Positions 8,923 to 16,412 of a stretch of DNA of 51,199 nucleotides are shown one piece after another. Within the stretch, counting starts at the first letter, position 1; every line of letters starts with the position of its first letter. Origin of the DNA: an uncultured Methylococcaceae bacterium. Its GTDB lineage: Bacteria; Pseudomonadota; Gammaproteobacteria; Methylococcales; Methylococcaceae. The DNA is taken from assembly GCA_903911305.1 (NCBI GenBank), contig CAIWDB010000529.1, forward strand, positions 1 through 51,199, read 5' to 3'. The notes beneath the pieces are model-generated. The model made no database searches. It saw only the letters and a list, made by a program, of their open reading frames with translations, and was not told where the DNA came from. The position numbers and the translations under genes are program-made.

Positions 8923-9588
8923 ATGCCAAGGCTAGTTGTATTGACTTGTTTACTGTTGCTTATTCTGACTGGTTGTGGGCAGGATTTACATTTCAAAATC
9001 AACTACGACAAAATTGACGGGTTGTCTGAAGGCGCTCCGGTAGTGCTTGACGAACAAGCCATAGGCAAAGTCACCGGATTGGAGCAAACCAAATACGGCG
9101 GACACCTTGTTGAAGTGTCCATCCCCCTAGAATCTGCCGCATCCGCCACGAGTGAGGCAAGCTTCATTCTCGCCCCTGACCCAGACAATCCAAAACAATC
9201 GCGCATAGAGATAGTCTTAAACAGCCCTGGTGGCAAACCCATTAATGAAGGGCAAGAAGTGCGGGGTTCTTATCCTACCCCGGTGGGATCAATTTTCCCA
9301 TTTGGGGAATTATTGCGCGAAATTGGCGGCGCACTTGGTCAATTGCGTAGTCAAGCCGAGCGATTCAGGGAGGAATTTCAAAAACTTCCCAACTCGCCTG
9401 AGGCGCAACAGTTGCAGGATGAATGGCACAAGCTGATGGATGAAATTGCCAAAACCCAAAACGAGGCGGGCTATGCGATGAAGAAGGAAATCATGCCCAA
9501 ATTGGAAAAGGAAATGGAAGATTTGCGCAAACGCATGGAAGCAATGCAAAAATCCCAGCCTCAAAAAGGCAAGGATTTGCAAACGTAG
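8923..9588 (+). CDS. lipoprotein with an MlaD/MCE-like N-terminal domain and a coiled-coil C-terminus
   Basis: I prefer ATG 8923 over the TTG at 8911. The lipobox is LILTGC. The pattern F-x4-GL-x2-GAPV-x6-IGKV-x-G...VEVSI...S-x-F-ILAP fits the MCE/MlaD fold. The C-terminal ~90 aa are charged and heptad-like (EEFQKL...EKEMEDLRKRMEAMQK). Confidence 0.55.
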   Translation: MPRLVVLTCLLLLILTGCGQDLHFKINYDKIDGLSEGAPVVLDEQAIGKVTGLEQTKYGGHLVEVSIPLESAASATSEASFILAPDPDNPKQSRIEIVLNSPGGKPINEGQEVRGSYPTPVGSIFPFGELLREIGGALGQLRSQAERFREEFQKLPNSPEAQQLQDEWHKLMDEIAKTQNEAGYAMKKEIMPKLEKEMEDLRKRMEAMQKSQPQKGKDLQT

Positions 9589-9717
9589 TTTCTGCGTTTC
9601 CATGCAAGCATTCGCATCGAATCAATAAAAATAGTATAGTTTCGACGCACAGAAGTCCGTGCTTGCGCAGTATCGGCTGCGGGCTTGACAACATTCACTT
9701 TTCAATAGGATTCATTT

Positions 9718-9993
9718 ATGAGCAGCATCATCATCGAACACAACCCCAGCGAAGAAAAATTGAAAGAACTGGGAGTCTCCAAATGGCCGACTTGGGAAAA
9801 GGAGGTTTCCAAATTCCCCATAGATTTCGACGGGACGGAAACCGCCTACGTGTTGGAAGGCGAAATCATCGTCAAAGCAGAAGGCGAAGAACCTGTGAGA
9901 ATTGTCCCCGGCGATTTAGTGGTTTTCCCTGACGGATTGTCCACCCAGTGGGAAGTAGTCAAACCATTGCGTAAGCACTACCACTACGACTAA
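9718..9993 (+). CDS. small cupin-domain protein (DUF861-like)
   Basis: 91 aa. ERLKELGV-type N-terminus (EEKLKELGVSKWPTWEKEVSKFP), then ETAYVLEGEIIVKAEGEEPVRIVPGDLVVFPDGLSTQWEV. This matches the ~90-aa single-domain cupin family as I remember it. Confidence 0.75.
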   Translation: MSSIIIEHNPSEEKLKELGVSKWPTWEKEVSKFPIDFDGTETAYVLEGEIIVKAEGEEPVRIVPGDLVVFPDGLSTQWEVVKPLRKHYHYD

Positions 9994-10030
9994 GGCTCTA
10001 TAGCTGATCGCCTTAGGAGTCACATGAATT

Positions 10031-10062
10031 TGCCGACCCTGACAAGTCGGCATTTCTCTGTT
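10031..10062 (+). terminator. candidate intrinsic terminator after the cupin gene
   Basis: 7-bp stem tgccgac/gtcggca, 8-nt loop, then the T-rich tail tttctctgtt. Confidence 0.45.
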
Positions 10063-10135
10063 GGCTTTGGGCGATTATCGAAACAAACTTCCTTAAAAAA
10101 ATAAGATTTTATAATTTGGCGCGAGTGAAAACCCC

Positions 10136-10966
10136 ATGGGACCTTTTAACAACATCAGCACACTTATCATCGACATGGATGGCGTTTTATGGCATGGCGA
10201 CCAGCCCATTCCAGGCTTGATAGAATTCTTCCAAGTCCTGCGCGAACGCCAAATTCGATTTATACTCGCCACCAACAATGCCAGCCAAACGGCCGGGCAA
10301 TACGTCAACAAACTTGCGCGCATGGGCGTGACGGTTGAAAGTGGCGAAATTCTGACCTCTGCCATGGCGACGGCATTATACCTAGCCCAACGTGCCGACC
10401 CGGCCTCGACCCGCGTGTTTGTCATTGGCGAGAAAGGTGCCACGGAACCGCTGATTCAGCAAGGATTCACCTTGACTGGGATTTACGAAGTGGACAAACC
10501 CGGCGAAAGCGAACCGAAAGTTGGAGCCGATTATGTCGTCTGCGGCATGGACAAGGAATTGACTTGGCATAAGCTGGCGACGGCTTCATTGAATATTAAC
10601 AATGGTGCGATTTTCATTGGCACCAATCCTGACACATCGCTACCCACTGAACTGGGCTTCACCCATGGCAATGGGTCTATTTTAGCCGCATTGCAAGCCG
10701 CCACCGGGGTTGCTCCCATCATCATTGGCAAACCGGAACCGTTGATGTACCAACAAGCCATCTCCATACTTGGCGTTGACCCTTCAGAAACGATGGCAAT
10801 CGGCGACCGCTTGGAAACCGACATCCTCGGTGCAGTCCGTGCCAATATGCGCAGCCTGATGGTATTGACTGGCGTGTCCAGCGAGGAAGATTTGAAAACC
10901 TCCGATTATCAACCCGACTGGGTCATGCAAGACATACGCGCCGTGACGGAGGCGTTGAAGGGGTAA
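10136..10966 (+). CDS. HAD-IIA family phosphatase (NagD/PNPase-like)
   Basis: Motif I is LIIDMDGVLWHG. It also has ATNNAS, motif III GKPEP and motif IV AIGDRLETDILGA. At 276 aa the size is typical of HAD subfamily IIA. Confidence 0.8.
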   Translation: MGPFNNISTLIIDMDGVLWHGDQPIPGLIEFFQVLRERQIRFILATNNASQTAGQYVNKLARMGVTVESGEILTSAMATALYLAQRADPASTRVFVIGEKGATEPLIQQGFTLTGIYEVDKPGESEPKVGADYVVCGMDKELTWHKLATASLNINNGAIFIGTNPDTSLPTELGFTHGNGSILAALQAATGVAPIIIGKPEPLMYQQAISILGVDPSETMAIGDRLETDILGAVRANMRSLMVLTGVSSEEDLKTSDYQPDWVMQDIRAVTEALKG

Positions 10967-11045
10967 TTGGACGGGGTTAGGCAAGCATCGGCCGGATGGC
11001 ACAACTGCACACCCGTCAAAAGTTTTCGACAAGTTCGGTTGAACC

Positions 11046-11342
11046 TCACTCTTTGATTAATTGCTTTCTCAAGATATTTTCAGGATAGACAAAAGTTTTT
11101 GTCCCGAATGCAAGCCACTCTTTATCTTCAAGTACGATAACATCGTAGGTGAGATCATGATATCTATAGTTTATTTCCGTTATCCTACATAACACTTCTT
11201 CGACTCCATAAATGGCCGATCTAAATTTCACCACAACCCGTGAACCCTCGGGGTATTCGGGTTGTTTTTTTAATATCATCCATCTTACATGGGATTCAGC
11301 CGCAAGAAATTTCCTGTAATACCAAATGAAGTATCGTTTCAT
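11046..11342 (-). CDS. hypothetical protein (orphan, AT-rich)
   Basis: 98-aa ORF in a visibly AT-richer patch. I recognise no motif. It is the only long ORF in the 880-nt stretch 11046..11927. Confidence 0.4.
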   Translation of the reverse strand: MKRYFIWYYRKFLAAESHVRWMILKKQPEYPEGSRVVVKFRSAIYGVEEVLCRITEINYRYHDLTYDVIVLEDKEWLAFGTKTFVYPENILRKQLIKE

Positions 11343-11733
11343 GGCTCACCTCAAGTTATCAATAAATTTAGCATACGGTTAGGTAAAGAAAGAAAACGCA
11401 CGCTGCTGAAATTAGATGTATATGTTTTATTTTCAGCACAAAATATTAGAGGTATTCCATGAGTGAACAGAATCCAAATGGGTAAGCAACTTTGCAAACT
11501 TAAACCCGAGGTTCATTGTTCAAACTATCACTTTTTCCGGGTTTTAATTAATTGACAAAGCCATGAAAGCGAAGTTCCGAAACAACGCCATCGTGACCGA
11601 CCTCTTGCCCATTTATAACAACGATCCAGTCGGTAGAACGAATTTCTCCTACACACGGATTGTTGATGCCTTGCAGCAATCGAGATTATGGCTAACAATC
11701 TCAATATGGGAGAAATCTAGTGGCTGATGTCGG

Positions 11734-11786
11734 TGTATGATATTAGCCACTGATGTTACGCAGCGGCCTAAGATTTGGAGCGTCAA
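11734..11786 (+). repeat. copy A of a short dispersed repeat (core ctgatgttacgcaGcggcctaAgAtttggagcgtcaa)
   Basis: The 37-nt core at 11750..11786 matches 40806..40841 in the same orientation, with 3 substitutions and 1 indel. Weaker similarity extends upstream (tgtatga...actgatgtt). Confidence 0.55.
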
Positions 11787-11927
11787 GGGTTGATGACAGA
11801 GCGAACACGAAATTAAATTGCAACAGATGTATGGTTTTCCATAGGCGAGGAAAGGTACAACAGGCTGGGTGGGCCGGGTGATAGCGGTTTCCCCATGTTT
11901 CCACATTAAATATTTTGTCTAAGGTTC

Positions 11928-14900
11928 ATGAAAAAACTTCCTCCTCTGGCATCGCTGTTAAAGAATCCTTGGCTGTTGACGGGCGCAGGGATATTAGTAA
12001 CCTATGCCTTGCTTGGGTTTTTTCTCATCCCCTTTTTGGTCGAGCATTACACGCCATCCATTGTCAATGAGAAGATAAAAAGGCAGGCATCCATGGGTGC
12101 AGCGCATTTCAATCCCTTTTTATTTAAATTTGAGGTGGATGACTTTGCGCTAAAAGAGCTTGATGGCCAACCAATCCTAGCATTGAGCCATTTATTGGTC
12201 GATTTCGAATTGGAGAGCCTATTCCAGCGTGCTTGGGTGTTCGGCGACCTCAGCTTGGAAGGGCCTAAGGTGGATTTAATCGTAGACAAAGAGGGCAAAC
12301 TCAACCTCGCCAGTATCGCTGACTCCTTGCCAAAATCGGAAGAACCACCGCCACCTCCTAGCCCTCCCCCTCGATTCTTGTTGAAACATTTGGCACTGAA
12401 AGACGGAATAGTCACCTATACCCGCCAAGGCGGTACAAAGACCTTAAGCCCGCTTAATCTGGAATTGGGCGAAGTCTCGACGCTGCCGCAAACCAATGGC
12501 ACCAATAAATTGGATGCCGAATTAGATGATGGAGGCATGATTCACTGGAAGGGTCAGTTCTCTTTGGACCCCATTTTTGCCGATGGCGAGTTCCGGCTGG
12601 AGGGATTCAAATTGGGTTCGGCATGGAAACTGATTCATGACTGGCTCAATTTATCTGAGTTAAGCGGCGCATTGTCCTTGTCTGCCAACTATCACTTTAG
12701 TCAGCAAAAGGACAAGACGGAACTGAGTATTAAAGAGATAGGCTTCTCTCTCGCCAAACTTCACATGGCATTGGCCGACGAGGCACAACCCATGCTGGAT
12801 TTGGACGCCATTCAACTTGACAAAGCGGAATTTGACTTGGCGACCCACAATGTCAAACTACCCTCTTTTACAATTCAAACCGGTCAGGTCAAAGCCGCTA
12901 TTGATAAGCAAGGTTCCATGAATTGGCAGCGCATCATGAAACCCGAAGACCAAACCCCTCAGCCACCCATTGCCTCCTCGCCACCGACCACACCCGAGCC
13001 TAAGGACGAAGCGACCCCTTGGAAGGTGGAATTAGGGGCTTTTAAGCTAGCAAATATTGGGCTCGCGTATGACGATACCAGCAGCCAAGTTCCGTTTGCC
13101 GCAACCATAGGCAATGTAGGGCTAGACTTGGGGGCCACAGCAGAAGTCGGCGTGGGCGACCCCAAAGTGGGTGTGCATGGCATTAAATTAATTTTAAAGG
13201 ATATCAACATAGCCGAGACTGGCCCAAAAGCCGACCCCAACCCCTTGTTTAAGTTGGGCAATATCCAATTGGATGGGGCAGAGTTTGACCTAGCCACACG
13301 TAGTGTCAAACTGCCCAATTTGGCACTTCAAACCGGCCACATCAAAGCCGCTGTCGATGGGCAGGGAGACATGAATTGGCAAGGCATCATGAAACACAAC
13401 GTCCAAGGTAATCAACAGCCGGCATCCCCTGCCCCGCCGACTCCACCTTCCGATCCTGCAACCAAGGATGCCCCCCCCCCTTGGCGGCTAGAACTTGGAA
13501 CACTCAAATTGTCCGAGCTTGGCATTGACTACACCGTTGCCAGCAGTCAAGTTCCTTTCGCCGCCAGCATAGGCGATATAGGCTTGGACTTGTCCGCCAC
13601 GGCGGAAGTCGGCGCTGGCGAGCCTAACGTCACCGCCCACGGTATCAAACTGACTTTAAAAGACACCAAAGTCACCGAAACCAGGCCCAACTCAGTTCCC
13701 GAGCCCATGCTTTCCTTGGATAACTTCAAATTGGAGGGGGCAGAGTTAGATTTGGCCCAACACAGTGTGAAGCTACCCTCTTGGGTCATCGAAAAGGGGA
13801 TGCTGCAAGTGTCGGTCGATGCCGAGGAAAGGCTCAACTGGCAACAACTTTCCAAGCCAGTGAAAGCCAATGTACAAGTCCCCACGCCGATTAAATCAGC
13901 GGCAAAGGCTGTGGTAAAGGCTGCGGAGAAGAACGAGGCTAAGCCAGCGCCTTGGAGACTGGAACTTGGAGCGTTCAAATTGGCAGAACTGGGCATTCGT
14001 TATGCCGACGACAGTCGCAAGCGGCCTTATCTCGCCTCAATTGGTGGCCTTGGGCTGAATTTCGCCGCCACAGCGGTCGTCGGCGAAGGCGAGCCTAAAG
14101 CTCAGGTGAATGGGGTAAACCTCTCCGTTAAAGACATCAAATTGAATGAAAAGGGAAAAGCCGTCCCGCTGATGGGCTTGGATAATCTGGAAGTAGCCCA
14201 AGGCCGGCTGAATTTAGACAAGCATGACGTAGCCATTGATAAAATCACCCTCAAAGGCGGTGGCGTACAAATCCAGCGCAATGCCGATGGCACGATCAGC
14301 TTGGCTGAAGCCTTTGCCCCCAAAGCCCAAACAACCCAAGCAGCCACTGAGCCTCCCGCCGCCAAAGGGACAACCCCTGCCGCTCCATGGCATGTTGCCC
14401 TTAAATCGTTTGGCTTGCAGGGATTCCGTCTGGCTTACACCGATGACACGTTTTCCTCACCCATAGCATACGATGTCAATAACATCGACGTGAACGTAAA
14501 CAACGTCAATTATCCCGGCAAAAGCCCACTCAGTTACAATGCCAAGCTTAAGCTTAAACAAGGCGGATCGCTGTCTGTCACGGGTAAAGCTTCCTCCACA
14601 GCCGATAGTGCAGATACCAAAGTGGTTGCCGACCGCTTGAATCTTGTACCGTTACAGCCAGTGGTCGCCAAGTTCGCCAAACTTAACTTGGATAGCGCAG
14701 ATTTTTCCACTAACCTACAGGTGGGTTTCCGCCAGATCGACGCAGGTTCATCCATCAAGGCGACCGGCACCCTAGACGTAGGCCGTCTACTGCTAAAGGA
14801 GGCAATAGGCGGTCAGCGCCTGCTGTCTTGGAAAAACTTGGCAGTGAAAGGCATCGACTTCGGACTGGTGCCGGATCACCTCAATATCAAAGAAGTCCAT

Positions 14901-16328
14901 GTCCTTGAGCCGGGAGTCAAGGTTGCCATTGCCAAAGACAAATCCAACAACTTTGCCACCGCCCTCAAACCCCAACGGGCCACCGTACCCACACCAGCGC
15001 CAGCAAAGCTTGAAGAAGTTGCCACATCGGATAAAAAACCAAAGCCGGGGAAAACTGCCACCCCTGCTTCAAAACCTTTTCCGGTCAAGGTTGAGCGCGT
15101 TCGCCTGGACGATGGCATCATCGACTTTAGCGATTTGAGCTTGGTGATTCCTTTCGCCACCCGTGTGCATGACTTCGATGGAATGGCGACCGACATATCC
15201 ACCGCGCCCAATAGTCGCACCACGCTCAAATTTGCCGGGCGAGTGGAGGAGTTTGGCGAGGCCAAAGTGGATGGAACGCTGGTCCCATCTTCTTTCAAAA
15301 CCTTTAGCGATGTCAAAGTGATTTTCCGCAACGTTGAAATGTCCTCGCTTTCCCCCTATAGCGCCACTTTCGCAGGCCGCAAAATCACCTCTGGCAAGCT
15401 AAGTTTGGACTTATTGTACAAAATCGAAAACAGCAAACTAAAAAGCGAAAACAAAATTCTGTTGGATCAATTCACCTTGGGCGAGCAAGTGGAAAGCCCT
15501 GGCGCCACGTCCCTGCCACTCGATTTGGCCATTGCCATACTGAAGGACGGCGATGGCAAAATCAGCGCAACCGTGCCGATAGAAGGCGATGTTGACAACC
15601 CACAATTTGCCTATGGTTCGGTGGTTTGGGATGCTTTTGTCACCTTGATTAAAACGGCGGTGACCGCCCCATTCCGAGCCATGGGTTCATTGCTGGGAAT
15701 TGAAGCAGGCGAAGATCTAGGCGCAATAATGTTCCCCCCCGGAACCGATAAGGTCACACCCCCGGAACGGGAGAAAATCCAGAAAGTTGCTAAAGCCCTG
15801 GCACAGCGTCCCAAGGTCAAATTATCCTTGCGAGGCGGCTTTGACACCAAGCTGGATGGCGAGGCATTAAAGTCCTTGCGGATTCGACAGGCCGTGGACC
15901 ATAAGTTGGGTAATGATAGCAGCGACGGGGCAGAACCACTGTCCTTCAGCGATGGAAAAACCCAAAAGGCATTGGAAGACTTGGCTAAAGAGCGCGGAGA
16001 GGGTTTTCTCGATCCCGTCCAAGCTGATTTCGAAAAGTCTGCCGGCAGAAAACCGTCCAGAATTGTGGGCATGTCTTCACTATTGGGCCGGGCCAGCGAA
16101 GATCAAGCATTCTATGAGAAAGCCTTCCAACAATTGGTGGAGGCAGAGCCATTGCCAGCCAATGAACTGGAAAACTTAGCTGACCGGCGCATGAAGGCGG
16201 TGCTTAAAGAACTCACTGACCAATCGGGATTCGATAAAGGCCGAGTGGCTTTAGGCAAGGTTGAGTCTGTTTCCGACGGCAAAGACGGCAATGTGCCAAC
16301 CAAAATGGAATTGGGGACGCAGGAATAA
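11928..16328 (+). CDS. giant DUF748-family (AsmA-like clan) envelope protein with an N-terminal membrane anchor
   Basis: 1466 aa. The N-terminal TM segment is LLTGAGILVTYALLGFFLIPFLV. It is followed by FNPFLFKFEVDDFALKE...LVDFELESLFQRAWVFGDLSLEGPKVDLIV. The C-terminal block is LSPYSATFAGRKITSGKLSLDLLYKI...LPLDLAIAILKDGDGKISATVPIEGDVDNPQF. Both match the DUF748 pattern as I recall it. Confidence 0.8.
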   Translation: MKKLPPLASLLKNPWLLTGAGILVTYALLGFFLIPFLVEHYTPSIVNEKIKRQASMGAAHFNPFLFKFEVDDFALKELDGQPILALSHLLVDFELESLFQRAWVFGDLSLEGPKVDLIVDKEGKLNLASIADSLPKSEEPPPPPSPPPRFLLKHLALKDGIVTYTRQGGTKTLSPLNLELGEVSTLPQTNGTNKLDAELDDGGMIHWKGQFSLDPIFADGEFRLEGFKLGSAWKLIHDWLNLSELSGALSLSANYHFSQQKDKTELSIKEIGFSLAKLHMALADEAQPMLDLDAIQLDKAEFDLATHNVKLPSFTIQTGQVKAAIDKQGSMNWQRIMKPEDQTPQPPIASSPPTTPEPKDEATPWKVELGAFKLANIGLAYDDTSSQVPFAATIGNVGLDLGATAEVGVGDPKVGVHGIKLILKDINIAETGPKADPNPLFKLGNIQLDGAEFDLATRSVKLPNLALQTGHIKAAVDGQGDMNWQGIMKHNVQGNQQPASPAPPTPPSDPATKDAPPPWRLELGTLKLSELGIDYTVASSQVPFAASIGDIGLDLSATAEVGAGEPNVTAHGIKLTLKDTKVTETRPNSVPEPMLSLDNFKLEGAELDLAQHSVKLPSWVIEKGMLQVSVDAEERLNWQQLSKPVKANVQVPTPIKSAAKAVVKAAEKNEAKPAPWRLELGAFKLAELGIRYADDSRKRPYLASIGGLGLNFAATAVVGEGEPKAQVNGVNLSVKDIKLNEKGKAVPLMGLDNLEVAQGRLNLDKHDVAIDKITLKGGGVQIQRNADGTISLAEAFAPKAQTTQAATEPPAAKGTTPAAPWHVALKSFGLQGFRLAYTDDTFSSPIAYDVNNIDVNVNNVNYPGKSPLSYNAKLKLKQGGSLSVTGKASSTADSADTKVVADRLNLVPLQPVVAKFAKLNLDSADFSTNLQVGFRQIDAGSSIKATGTLDVGRLLLKEAIGGQRLLSWKNLAVKGIDFGLVPDHLNIKEVHVLEPGVKVAIAKDKSNNFATALKPQRATVPTPAPAKLEEVATSDKKPKPGKTATPASKPFPVKVERVRLDDGIIDFSDLSLVIPFATRVHDFDGMATDISTAPNSRTTLKFAGRVEEFGEAKVDGTLVPSSFKTFSDVKVIFRNVEMSSLSPYSATFAGRKITSGKLSLDLLYKIENSKLKSENKILLDQFTLGEQVESPGATSLPLDLAIAILKDGDGKISATVPIEGDVDNPQFAYGSVVWDAFVTLIKTAVTAPFRAMGSLLGIEAGEDLGAIMFPPGTDKVTPPEREKIQKVAKALAQRPKVKLSLRGGFDTKLDGEALKSLRIRQAVDHKLGNDSSDGAEPLSFSDGKTQKALEDLAKERGEGFLDPVQADFEKSAGRKPSRIVGMSSLLGRASEDQAFYEKAFQQLVEAEPLPANELENLADRRMKAVLKELTDQSGFDKGRVALGKVESVSDGKDGNVPTKMELGTQE
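12794..14500 (+). repeat. four tandem ~150-aa (~450-nt) modules inside the DUF748 gene
   Basis: Module starts are LDLDAIQLDKAEFDLATHNVKLP, FKLGNIQLDGAEFDLATRSVKLP, LSLDNFKLEGAELDLAQHSVKLP and MGLDNLEVAQGRLNLDKHDVAID. Each module continues through a Pro-rich linker and PW(K/R)(V/L)ELG...SSQVPFAA(T/S)IG...GLDL.ATAEVG. Boundaries are approximate. Confidence 0.65.
13471..13480 (+). repeat. C10 homopolymer inside the DUF748 coding sequence
   Basis: gat gcc ccc ccc cct tgg encodes DAPPPW at about codon 515. It is the longest homopolymer I found in the window. Confidence 0.9.
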
Positions 16329-16363
16329 AAGGCTACATGACATCTCCATGAAACGCCACGGGG

Positions 16364-16387
16364 AGTGCCGAACAGACGCTCGGCACT
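16364..16387. terminator. hairpin between the convergent DUF748 and flotillin genes
   Basis: 8-bp stem agtgccga/tcggcact with an 8-nt loop. There is no clear U-tract on either strand, so terminator function is uncertain. Confidence 0.35.
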
Positions 16388-16412
16388 GACAGCTTCAACG
16401 ATGAGTGGCACC

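Noticed and set aside
11563-11727. 54-aa plus-strand ORF (MKAKFRNNAIVTDLLPIYNNDPVGRTNFSYTRIV...) in the AT-rich patch.
   Set aside because: It has no RBS and no recognisable motif, and it is short. It could be a gene fragment, but that is unsupported.
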